Of a stretch of 64,000 nt of DNA, positions 30,293 to 38,330 are shown one piece after another. Both the position numbers and the translations under genes were made by a program. The DNA comes from an uncultured Eubacteriales bacterium. Lineage in GTDB: Bacteria > Bacillota > Sulfobacillia > Fermentithermobacillales > Fermentithermobacillaceae. Positions within the stretch are counted from its first letter, which is position 1, and each line of letters opens with the position of its first letter. The DNA lies in NCBI GenBank assembly GCA_964646385.1, contig CAZYEC010000001.1:10335-74334 (forward strand). Direction: 5' to 3'. The notes under the pieces are model-generated. The model saw only the letters and a program-made list of their open reading frames with translations. It did not search any database and was not told the DNA's origin.

Positions 30293-31618
30293 TTGATTCT
30301 CAAAACAACGTGGGCTCTTGCTTGGCCTGTTGTACTGGAGCAAGCTCTGGCCATGACCAGCCAGGTAGTTGACGCCGCAATGGTGGGGCGTCTGGGCAAA
30401 GATTCAGTTGCTGCAGTCGGATTGAGCATGCAGCCTTTCTTTTTGATTAATGCCTTGTTCATGGGCCTTTCGGTGGGCACGACCGCGCTTTCTGCCCGGG
30501 CCATAGGGGCCGGGAACAAGGAGGAAGCCGCGAAAGTGACGGGCCAATCCATATTGATAGCTTTCGTCTTCGGCCTTTTTATCAGTTATCTTGGGTTTCA
30601 GAAAGCAGAGTGGATCATCACTTTCATGAAAGCCGACGACCTGGTGCGGGCTATCGGGGTCCAGTACGTAAGGGCTATGATGCCCGGAATGGTGTTGTTC
30701 TTTGTGTTCACAATCGCAACCGGGGCCCTTCGGGGGGCAGGCGACACGCGAACCCCCATGCTCATTAACCTGGGCTTGAATCTTGTGCATATTTTCACCA
30801 ACTACGTGTTTATCTTCGGGAATTTTGGCGCGCCGGCTTTGAAAGCCGCCGGAGCGGGTCTTTCCACTTCATTGTCCAGGACTCTGGGCGGAATTGCCAT
30901 GTTGGTAGTGCTCACCAGGCCTGGGAGACAGATCACCGTGGATTGGAAGAAGACAGTAACCAGATTTGATTTGGGGCTCTTCAAAAGGATCCTTAACGTA
31001 GGAGTCCCGGCCATGGCAGAAAGAGTCCTGACATCCACAGGCCAAATAGGCTACGCTCGCCAGGTGTCGGGTTTGGGCACGGCCGCTTACGCGGCCCACT
31101 CACTCTCATTGAACTGCGAGTCGTTTTCTTACATGCCCGGGATGGGTTTTGCCACGGCGGCAACGACACTTGTAGGGCAGCGTTTAGGCGCCAAAGACCC
31201 GGAAGGCGCCGAAAAAAGTGCCCTCCTGTCGATCAAAATGGGCGTTTTGACCATGGGATTTATGGGCGTTCTATTTTTTCTGCTGCCGGGTCCCCTGTTA
31301 AGGATTTTTACAAACGATCCCGAGGTTATTGCCAGGGGAATCCCGCTTCTGAGAATCGTGGCATTTACCCAAGTTCCGGAAGCCATGGGTTTCGTGATCC
31401 CCGGTGCCCTCAGAGGCGCCGGGGATACCAGGGTGTCCATGTACGTGACCGTTCTGGGCGTGTGGGGAGTCCGGTACGCCCTGACTTATGTTCTCATCAA
31501 CGCTTTCCACATGGGTTTGACCGCGGCTTGGATAGGGATGTTCCTGGATTGGGTTGTGAGAGCCGTTTTGTACTATCGGCGCTTGAAACGGGGCCGCTGG
31601 AAAGAGATCGAAGTTTAG
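30293..31618 (+). CDS. MATE family efflux transporter.
   Basis: The N-terminus ILKTTWALAWPVVLEQ...VDAAMVGRLG is typical of MATE proteins, with 12 TM segments. The start is reassigned to the TTG at 30293; the longer track ORF would read through the leader. Confidence 0.8.
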   Translation: MILKTTWALAWPVVLEQALAMTSQVVDAAMVGRLGKDSVAAVGLSMQPFFLINALFMGLSVGTTALSARAIGAGNKEEAAKVTGQSILIAFVFGLFISYLGFQKAEWIITFMKADDLVRAIGVQYVRAMMPGMVLFFVFTIATGALRGAGDTRTPMLINLGLNLVHIFTNYVFIFGNFGAPALKAAGAGLSTSLSRTLGGIAMLVVLTRPGRQITVDWKKTVTRFDLGLFKRILNVGVPAMAERVLTSTGQIGYARQVSGLGTAAYAAHSLSLNCESFSYMPGMGFATAATTLVGQRLGAKDPEGAEKSALLSIKMGVLTMGFMGVLFFLLPGPLLRIFTNDPEVIARGIPLLRIVAFTQVPEAMGFVIPGALRGAGDTRVSMYVTVLGVWGVRYALTYVLINAFHMGLTAAWIGMFLDWVVRAVLYYRRLKRGRWKEIEV

Positions 31619-31620
31619 CG

Positions 31621-32367
31621 TCAATGGTCAGTAATCCTGCCCAAGTCGGGAGCGCCGTGCCCAATGAGTTGTTCTACCACAGCACCTATTTCGGCTCGAA
31701 GGGTTTCGCCATCGGATTCCCGGCCGCCCAGTTCCACATACATCGTGGCATCGCCCAAGTTGAACGTGGCGAAGTAAACGATGTTCTTGGCTCCTTTGCT
31801 ATTTGGGTCGGTCACAAAATATCCGGCCGTCACGGGTACTCCCTTGATCTTTGACGTCTTTTTGTTGCCTTGGACAACCGTATCGGTTATGGGCGTACCC
31901 GGCGCAGCCACGATTATCGTGGTTTTGCCGCTTTTCCCTTCAAGCCTTACAAATGCGCCTGTCTTTGCATTGAACGAAGCTTTGGCGGCTACAGGGAGTT
32001 CACCGAACATTGCACCCATTTCGTCGGGGGTCAAGGCGCGGTCAGTAACGTCGAAGCCCAAGGAAAGGCTGCCGGCGCTCCAGAAGTCGGATTTCTGAAA
32101 ACTTAGCGTGCTGTGGCCCAAGTCAAGCGTTTGGACTTTGCTGCCGAACCATCCGGCACTGCTGCCAAAGACCCCTGCAAGAGCAACAACGAATACGAAA
32201 CAAGCAGCAACGGGAGCGAGTCTCTTCCAAAATGCCGTATCCTTTTCGGGCTGTCCGGCTTGAACGCGAGCCATAACGGACTCGAGCACGCGCGCTTCGG
32301 CGGCCTTATCAGGGCCAACTTTGTTCCAAGATTCGATGATTCGCTTATCTCTCATGAAAGTCACCAC
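31621..32367 (-). CDS. Putative anti-sigma factor (TM anchor plus extracytoplasmic domain).
   Basis: It overlaps, and is co-oriented with, the ECF sigma gene. A single TM helix follows about 50 cytoplasmic residues. Confidence 0.5.
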   Translation of the reverse strand: MVTFMRDKRIIESWNKVGPDKAAEARVLESVMARVQAGQPEKDTAFWKRLAPVAACFVFVVALAGVFGSSAGWFGSKVQTLDLGHSTLSFQKSDFWSAGSLSLGFDVTDRALTPDEMGAMFGELPVAAKASFNAKTGAFVRLEGKSGKTTIIVAAPGTPITDTVVQGNKKTSKIKGVPVTAGYFVTDPNSKGAKNIVYFATFNLGDATMYVELGGRESDGETLRAEIGAVVEQLIGHGAPDLGRITDH

Positions 32368-32842
32368 CCAACCTTTTTTTCAGCAGGCTACGCGCTTCAT
32401 GCAAATGATTGCGGATAGTCGATTGCGGCTTTTCCAGGATTCTTGAAATCTCCGGCGTGGTATAACCTTCGTAGTAATAGAGGTAAACCACAGTCTTATA
32501 TTTGTCGGGCAAACCGATGACAATTTCAAACGTCTCGTCAATTTGAACGTTCTCCGCGCCCCGCAAGTTTTCGCAATCCGCCAGGCTTTTGTTCTTACGA
32601 AACCAATGCCGCAGATTGTTTTTGCAGACATTTGCGGCGGTTCTGATCAGCCATGCCTTTTCATGTTCCTCACTTTGAAAAACCGTCCCGGACTTAATCA
32701 TTTTGTAGAAAGTGTCGGAAACGGCGTCTTCTGTGTCGGCAGGATTCTTCATAAAGGCGAAGCAGACCCGGTAAACCGTTTTCATGTGGCGCATGCAAAC
32801 CTCCGTAATCTCCTTGTCCCTGCGCAACAAAGACATCGCCAT
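32345..32842 (-). CDS. ECF-family RNA polymerase sigma factor.
   Basis: Sigma-70 regions 2 and 4 (YRVCFAFM...YYYEGYTTPEISRIL). A strong AAAGGAGGG RBS is present. Confidence 0.85.
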   Translation of the reverse strand: MAMSLLRRDKEITEVCMRHMKTVYRVCFAFMKNPADTEDAVSDTFYKMIKSGTVFQSEEHEKAWLIRTAANVCKNNLRHWFRKNKSLADCENLRGAENVQIDETFEIVIGLPDKYKTVVYLYYYEGYTTPEISRILEKPQSTIRNHLHEARSLLKKRLGGDFHER

Positions 32843-32993
32843 CGCTTTACCCTCCTTTCACTACTAATGCAATCGAGCAGGCCAAAGTGTCGGATGAATT
32901 TAACGCCGGCGTCGCCCGAGCCGAGGTCGCCGAGGTCTGGCATCTCCCGCCACAGTGACATTCTCTCTAACAACACCCAAAAGGCAAATTGGG

Positions 32994-33022
32994 GTGACAC
33001 GGTCTTTTAAAAGAGGTATTAT
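32994..33022 (+). promoter_or_regulatory. Sigma-A-type promoter for the thiamine operon (GTGACA-N17-TATTAT).
   Basis: Hexamers with a 17-nt spacer, ending about 8 nt before the start of the riboswitch aptamer. Confidence 0.5.
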
Positions 33023-33027
33023 CTGAT

Positions 33028-33125
33028 TAACGGGGAGCCGATGGCTTTCGGCTGAGAAAGGGCTAATGAGCGCCTGACCCTTGGAACCTGTAGGGGTAAT
33101 GCCTGCGTAGGGAAATTCCGAGTCA
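33028..33125 (+). promoter_or_regulatory. TPP (THI-box) riboswitch.
   Basis: GGGGAGCC...GGCTGAGA...ACCCTTGGAACCTG..GGGTAATGCCTGCGTAGGGAA matches the THI-element consensus. It lies upstream of thiT and thiamine pyrophosphokinase. Confidence 0.85.
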
Positions 33126-33131
33126 GAACGC

Positions 33132-33157
33132 CCGCACGCCTTTTTGTGCGGTTTTTT
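33132..33157 (+). terminator. Riboswitch expression-platform intrinsic terminator.
   Basis: CCGCAC-gccttttt-GTGCGG followed by TTTTTT, between the aptamer and the thiT RBS. Confidence 0.75.
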
Positions 33158-33186
33158 CGTGCCCTCCCGGATTTCAAGATAGGGAG

Positions 33187-33702
33187 ATGGGGAATTTGCG
33201 GGACAAACGGTTGGCTGTTACGGTGGAAGGGGCTCTGATGGTTGCTTTGGCTTTCATTTTGGGCTGGACCAAGATTTTTCAGGCCCCTTACGGAGGTACG
33301 GTCACACTGGGAAGCATGATACCGGTTTTGTTTTTTGCGGCCCGTCGGGGAGTTGTACCGGGGTTTGTGGCAGGTGCGGCCCAAGGCCTTTTGCAGATCA
33401 TCATTGAACCTGTCATTTTCCACCCTGCCCAAGTCATTTTGGATTACCCCCTGGCTTTTGGTTTGCTCGGCCTGGCCGGCCTTTTCGGTGAACGGGTGGT
33501 TCAAGGGGCGGCGGTTGGGATCGGAGGTCGTTTCGTGGCCCACTTTCTTTCAGGCGTCATCTTTTTTGGCGCCTACGCCGAAGGAAACCCGTACGTGTAT
33601 TCCATATCGTATCAAGCGGCATACCTCGTTCCCGAGTTCATCATATCTGCGGTCATAATAAGGCTTGGGCTGTATCAAGCCGTGAAAAGAGTCCAGGTTT
33701 AG
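33187..33702 (+). CDS. thiT: Thiamine transporter ThiT (ECF-type S component).
   Basis: 171-aa protein with 6 TM segments of the ThiT/YuaJ type, directly downstream of the TPP riboswitch. Confidence 0.8.
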   Translation: MGNLRDKRLAVTVEGALMVALAFILGWTKIFQAPYGGTVTLGSMIPVLFFAARRGVVPGFVAGAAQGLLQIIIEPVIFHPAQVILDYPLAFGLLGLAGLFGERVVQGAAVGIGGRFVAHFLSGVIFFGAYAEGNPYVYSISYQAAYLVPEFIISAVIIRLGLYQAVKRVQV

Positions 33703-33714
33703 GACGGTGACGTT

Positions 33715-34452
33715 TTGGCTTCCAAGTTGGCCTGGGTTGGCAGGGATTATTCAGTCATCGTGTCCGGCGGCGAGATCGGGGGCGGCCCCGCGGGAGAATC
33801 CGAAGCTTTGGAGCTGCTGCAAAGCGCGGTTTGTGTAGTGGCCGCAGATTCCGGGGCCGTGTTTCTTCATCGTCACGGGATTGTTCCTTCGGTTCTGATA
33901 GGTGATTTTGACTCGTGCAAACCTTCTTTGGTGGAGGAATTCAGAAGCCGCGGCTCAAAAGTGGTCGTTCTTAAACGGGACAAGGACAAAACCGACACCG
34001 AAGCGGCCTTGGATGTGGTGAAAGACACGGGTATCGGTCGGGTTGCAATCCTGGGCGCCTTTGGCGGCAGAAGAAAGGAACATTCTTTTGCCAATGCCAT
34101 GCTTATTGAGCCTTACGCCAGAAAAGGGCTGGATGTCATCGTGGTGTCGGGCCCGACCACCCTTTGTGCTCTTCACAGTTCTGAGTCTATGTGCTGCCAC
34201 AAAGACAGGCGCCGTTTGCAGTGCGAAGAAAGGGAGATGTACGGGAAGCCCGGCGATTGGGTCACTTTGCTTCCCGTGACGAAAAAGGTTACCGGAGTGA
34301 CTACGGAAGGGTTGAGGTTCCCCCTTTCAGGGGCAATGCTGTTAAGGGGGAGTACTTTGGGGGTGTCCAACGAACTGGTGCAGGAAAAGGCCCTGGTGGC
34401 AGTCGACCAGGGCTTTCTCTTGGCCATAGTGACTGAGCGACAAGAGGGCTAG
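33715..34452 (+). CDS. Thiamine pyrophosphokinase.
   Basis: GDFDS motif, and co-operonic with thiT under the TPP riboswitch. Confidence 0.8.
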   Translation: MASKLAWVGRDYSVIVSGGEIGGGPAGESEALELLQSAVCVVAADSGAVFLHRHGIVPSVLIGDFDSCKPSLVEEFRSRGSKVVVLKRDKDKTDTEAALDVVKDTGIGRVAILGAFGGRRKEHSFANAMLIEPYARKGLDVIVVSGPTTLCALHSSESMCCHKDRRRLQCEEREMYGKPGDWVTLLPVTKKVTGVTTEGLRFPLSGAMLLRGSTLGVSNELVQEKALVAVDQGFLLAIVTERQEG

Positions 34453-35237
34453 TGTCCCGGCAGCTCCGAAAGCGGCCTGCCCCGGGGATCGTCCCGAGCC
34501 GGTTTTCCCATAGAAAGGAGTTCCCCCAGAGTCACCAGCTCGTATCCTGCGGTTTTCAGGTTGTCAAAAACCATGGGAAGGGCTTCATGAGTCTCCCTCG
34601 CCGAATCTGACGCATGGAACAGAATGATGGCTCCCGGGAAAATGTACTTTGATACGTTTTCAACTATGTAAGACACTCCCGGGTTTCTCCAATCGACGCT
34701 GTCAACCGCCCATATCACTGTTTCGTACCCAAGACTCCTTGCTGTCAGGACCACAAGGTCATCGTAATCGCCGTTGGGAGGGCGAAAGTACTTTGGAGTG
34801 GTCTTCGTGAGGTTAAAAAGTATGTTGTGGGCCGAGGTTATGTTGTGGGCTATGGATTCTTTGCTTTCGTGGCTCAGATTCACATGGTCCTGGCCGTGGC
34901 TGGCAATTTCGTGTCCCTCTGCCACAATCCTTTGCACTGTGTTTTTGTAATGGTTCGCCCAAGGTCCTGACAAAAAGAAAGTGGCTTTCTGTTTGTGTTC
35001 TTTCAGGACGCCCAACACCTTGTCAGGGGTTTTGTCCCCCCAAGATATGTCAAGAGTAAGCGCCGCCACCTTTCTTTCGGTGTTCACGTAAAATATCGGC
35101 ATTTCCGAGCCTTTTCCTGAAGCCGTGACGTATATTTCTATTACGGGGCGTTCAGGGCTGCTTTGCGCACCTACCAAAACCGCGGATACAAATGACATCA
35201 TCCCAAGCGCTAACAGAAGGTGTCTTTTCCTGAACAA
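34449..35237 (-). CDS. Polysaccharide deacetylase (NodB-domain) family protein, secreted.
   Basis: NodB motifs (ALTLDISWGD; H..SH; LFH). Reassigned to the TTG at 35237, which has a GGGAGGTG RBS and gives a signal-peptide-like N-terminus (FRKRHLLLALGMMSFVSAVLVGA). Confidence 0.8.
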   Translation of the reverse strand: MFRKRHLLLALGMMSFVSAVLVGAQSSPERPVIEIYVTASGKGSEMPIFYVNTERKVAALTLDISWGDKTPDKVLGVLKEHKQKATFFLSGPWANHYKNTVQRIVAEGHEIASHGQDHVNLSHESKESIAHNITSAHNILFNLTKTTPKYFRPPNGDYDDLVVLTARSLGYETVIWAVDSVDWRNPGVSYIVENVSKYIFPGAIILFHASDSARETHEALPMVFDNLKTAGYELVTLGELLSMGKPARDDPRGRPLSELPGH

Positions 35238-35428
35238 TATGCTCGCACCTCCCGGGGTCACGGATACCTTGCGTAGCGGCCTCCCGGCCCGGCCCACCTT
35301 CAGATTCAAACATATTTGGATTTCTCCCATATATGACAAAAAGCCTGGACACATTCTGCCCTGGGAGTCTCGGTTCAGCCGGACTCCTCGTGGCCGGACT
35401 TTGAGTTTTGCGGGGTTTTAGCAGCCGT

Positions 35429-35776
35429 CTACCTTTCTGCTTCACTTTTGCCGAAGAAGCCGGCGAACTCCCGGGGAACTTGTCCGCAGATGGCCCCGCC
35501 GATTTCGGCCCTCAAAACCTTTCTCGCTTCTCTTGTCGCATTGTTTACGGCTTCCACCACGGCACTTTCCAAAGCGGTCAAGTCATGGGTTTTTGTCGCA
35601 AGTATCTCCCTGTTGATGTGGAGGCCTTTCAGATTGAACCAAACGTCGCCCGTAGCAACGACCAGACCCTCCCGGGATTCGCCTTGCACAAGCTTGCCCT
35701 GCAAGCCCAGAAGGCGAGAACTCACCTCGGACTCAAGCCTTTCCATCTGCATTAACAACGCGGCAAGGTTTTGCAT
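35429..35776 (-). CDS. ybaB: YbaB/EbfC family nucleoid-associated protein.
   Basis: MQNLAALLMQMERL...GLV.ATG..W.N.KGL.I matches YbaB. No dnaX or recR is nearby. Confidence 0.7.
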   Translation of the reverse strand: MQNLAALLMQMERLESEVSSRLLGLQGKLVQGESREGLVVATGDVWFNLKGLHINREILATKTHDLTALESAVVEAVNNATREARKVLRAEIGGAICGQVPREFAGFFGKSEAER

Positions 35777-35957
35777 TGGAATCCCCCCGGCGGGTATCAC
35801 TTCAGCATTTTATGCGGCAACAGGATCCGGGGGTTCAATTGCGGTAATTCCCAATGTGATCCGAAGTGACGACGGGATTCCCCGTTCCAGGCTGTCCTGC
35901 CCGGGCACGCCCAAAAGGTAATCGTAGGGAAAAGGGAGAACAATAGGGAAGGCCGGT

Positions 35958-37037
35958 ATGGAGTGTATGGTAAGCGAAAGAGGGGTTTTGACCGTGGACA
36001 TTGGTTCAGCCTTGAAGTTTGGCAAGAAGCAGGAGGAGACTGCAGAAGATAGAGCCTTGAGGATTGAGCGTGCCCGGGAAATCCATCAGGAGGGTATTGT
36101 GGTGGACGGTCACCTGGGCACGTTGTTCGATGTGTTCTATGGTTCGAGGCAGTTTGACGCGGAAACCCAGGTTGGGCACGCTGATTTAGGCCGCCTGAAA
36201 CGCGCCGGTGTTAAGTGCGCCGTTCTCTCCGCTTTTCCCGGGGATAGATTATGGCCTATCCGCGGGGTGCGAGCCGGCTTAGAGTACCTGGATGCTTTCA
36301 ATTCTTTGGGAAGCATCCAAGGGGTTAAGCCGGTTTTCCGGTCAGGGGACGTGGATGAAGCGGAGAAAGACGGCAAATTGAGCCTTATTTTGGCATTCGA
36401 AGGCGGGGAGTTTCTGGAAGGCAGTCTGGAGACCTTGAGGATGTTTTACCGCTTGGGAGTTCGCATCCTGGGGCTTACCTGGAACGAAAGGAACGCCCTT
36501 GCGGATGGAGCCGCCGAAGGCAACACCAAGGGAGGGCTTACTCATTTTGGGCAAGAGGTCCTGGCTGAAGCGGGGGCGCTCGGGGTGCTCATTGATGCGG
36601 CGCATCTTTCCGAGGCGGGGTTCTGGGATGTCGCCGAGCGTTCGGAACACCCTTTTGTGGTCAGCCACGCCAATTGCCATTCCCTTTACGGCCATCCCAG
36701 GAACCTTACGGATGGGCAGTTGCTGGCCATTAGGGACACGGGCGGCTTGATTGGAATCGCGCTGAATCCGGCTTACATGGCCACGACTGCTGCAGAGGTG
36801 ACAGTCTCCACAGTGTGTGACCATATCGAGCATGTGATCGACGTCGCCGGGGAGAAGCATGTGGCGCTTGGCACAGATTTGGATTCTTTTGACGGCCCAC
36901 CACCGGGCGGAATGGCCGGAATCCAGGATCTCTACCTGATCACACTGGAGCTGTTGAAAAGAGGGTTTCCGGGAAAGACGATTTCCAATGTTTTGGGGGG
37001 CAACTGGATGCGGGTGTTCAGGGCGGTACTGGGATGA
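35958..37037 (+). CDS. Membrane dipeptidase (peptidase M19 family).
   Basis: IHQEGIVVDGHLGTLFD, and His/Asp/Glu zinc ligands spaced as in the M19 family. Confidence 0.8.
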   Translation: MECMVSERGVLTVDIGSALKFGKKQEETAEDRALRIERAREIHQEGIVVDGHLGTLFDVFYGSRQFDAETQVGHADLGRLKRAGVKCAVLSAFPGDRLWPIRGVRAGLEYLDAFNSLGSIQGVKPVFRSGDVDEAEKDGKLSLILAFEGGEFLEGSLETLRMFYRLGVRILGLTWNERNALADGAAEGNTKGGLTHFGQEVLAEAGALGVLIDAAHLSEAGFWDVAERSEHPFVVSHANCHSLYGHPRNLTDGQLLAIRDTGGLIGIALNPAYMATTAAEVTVSTVCDHIEHVIDVAGEKHVALGTDLDSFDGPPPGGMAGIQDLYLITLELLKRGFPGKTISNVLGGNWMRVFRAVLG

Positions 37038-37489
37038 TGGAATCCCCGGAAGGTTCTTCCTACTCAACAGCGCAGGAAACGTGTTCCGGGGGCATCGTCG
37101 TCAGGGTGGCGGAAAAGGACGGTTGTGATGCCGGGGACAGGGAAATCCTTATGATTCTTGACAAATACGGGTTTATGGCGCTTCCCAAAGGCCATCCGGA
37201 GCCCGGCGAAACCTTGTCCGGTGCGGCCTTGCGGGAAGTAGGGGAAGAGACGGGAATCAAGGCGGCCATAAAGTCTCCGGCGGGGACCACTAAGTATACG
37301 TTTTCCAAAGGCTCGGTTGTGGTTGAGAAAACGGTTTATTACTTCCTCATGGAGGCAGTAAGCGGTCAGGTACGCCCCCAGGCAGGTGAATCTGTTTCCG
37401 TGGCCTGGGTCAAGGAAAAGGAACTGCCTCATGTGAAAACCTACCCCGACACCCTTGCGCTGGTGAAAAGGGCTCTTATAGCCTTTTAG
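37034..37489 (+). CDS. NUDIX hydrolase.
   Basis: Nudix box GHPEPGETLSGAALREVGEETGI. Confidence 0.85.
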   Translation: MMESPEGSSYSTAQETCSGGIVVRVAEKDGCDAGDREILMILDKYGFMALPKGHPEPGETLSGAALREVGEETGIKAAIKSPAGTTKYTFSKGSVVVEKTVYYFLMEAVSGQVRPQAGESVSVAWVKEKELPHVKTYPDTLALVKRALIAF

Positions 37490-37501
37490 GCACATTTGCA
37501 G

Positions 37502-37530
37502 TTGAACGTCGGGACAGTCTGTGGTAATAT
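37502..37530 (+). promoter_or_regulatory. Strong sigma-A promoter: TTGAAC-N17-TGgTAATAT (extended -10).
   Basis: Near-consensus hexamers with a TG extension. It lies about 135 nt upstream of the hypothetical gene at 37668. Confidence 0.5.
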
Positions 37531-37543
37531 CTGGTATGCGAAG

Positions 37544-37601
37544 AGTCCGGTTGGCCAGGAATGGCGTTTCTGCTTCGGCGGAGCCGGACTTTTTGGTTTG
37601 A
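37544..37601 (+). terminator. Terminator-like attenuator hairpin with U-tract, immediately downstream of the promoter.
   Basis: AGTCCGG...CCGGACT stem followed by TTTTTGGTTTG. A 21-codon ORF (ATG about 37536 to TGA about 37601) overlaps it. Confidence 0.45.
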
Positions 37602-37667
37602 AAGGAGTGAGCTGTTACGAACCCCTATTGGGCATTTTCCGGCAGCCGCACAGGCAAGAGGAATTGC

Positions 37668-38330
37668 TTGAAACTCTTCGTTGCGGTTCTGGCGGTCATC
37701 GTGCTCGCTTTCATCCTCATTGGGGTGAGGTATGCGGTCGCGTTTGGAGATGATTTTGTCTTTGTTACTGTGGAGGAATCCTCAACTTCGGCCCTTTCCT
37801 CGTGGCCGCTTCTTTGGGACAAGACGCCCCAGGCTTTCATCGATCCAAAAACCGAGATATTGGAAATCCCCATAAAAGTCAATCTTGCGGCGGTATCTTT
37901 GGCCGTGTATTACACTGCGTTCTCCCAGGGTGTTGAATTTGCCGACCGCTTGGTTTTTTCCCGCACGGGGCGCAACGCGATAGGCCTGGAGGCGCCTTTG
38001 TCCGTCATGTCCAGGGACTGGGAGGGAAACGAAGTGAATTTGGTGGATAATGAAGCCCGTGTTTTGAGGGGCGACTTGAAAATCACCAAGACAAAACCCG
38101 ATGGGACCGTTCATTTGATCTACGGTTCGGAACGGATAGTCTTGGGACCCGGGGAATCTTGGGCCGAGCTTACCTTGAAAACACCGGACGGCACCGTACA
38201 AGTTGATACAGAGGAGTGGGGCGAAAGGCTCACTTCCGCGTTCCAAAACCAATGGCCTGCCACTCGACTGGCGGTGGCCAATTTGGGTTTGTGGTCCAAA
38301 AAACGAGTGCAGGCAGGTGCAATACCTTGA
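37668..38330 (+). CDS. Hypothetical membrane-anchored protein (N-terminal TM helix, about 190-aa extracytoplasmic domain).
   Basis: TTG start with an AAGAGGA RBS. The hydrophobic N-terminus is LFVAVLAVIVLAFILIGV. No known domain recognised. Its stop overlaps the next start (TTGA). Confidence 0.5.
   Translation: MKLFVAVLAVIVLAFILIGVRYAVAFGDDFVFVTVEESSTSALSSWPLLWDKTPQAFIDPKTEILEIPIKVNLAAVSLAVYYTAFSQGVEFADRLVFSRTGRNAIGLEAPLSVMSRDWEGNEVNLVDNEARVLRGDLKITKTKPDGTVHLIYGSERIVLGPGESWAELTLKTPDGTVQVDTEEWGERLTSAFQNQWPATRLAVANLGLWSKKRVQAGAIP

Noticed and set aside
37496-37753. 85-aa + strand ORF (MQLNVGTVCGNIWYAK...).
   Set aside because: It overlaps a near-consensus promoter and a terminator hairpin, and runs into the start of the next gene in another frame. 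It is more likely non-coding leader.
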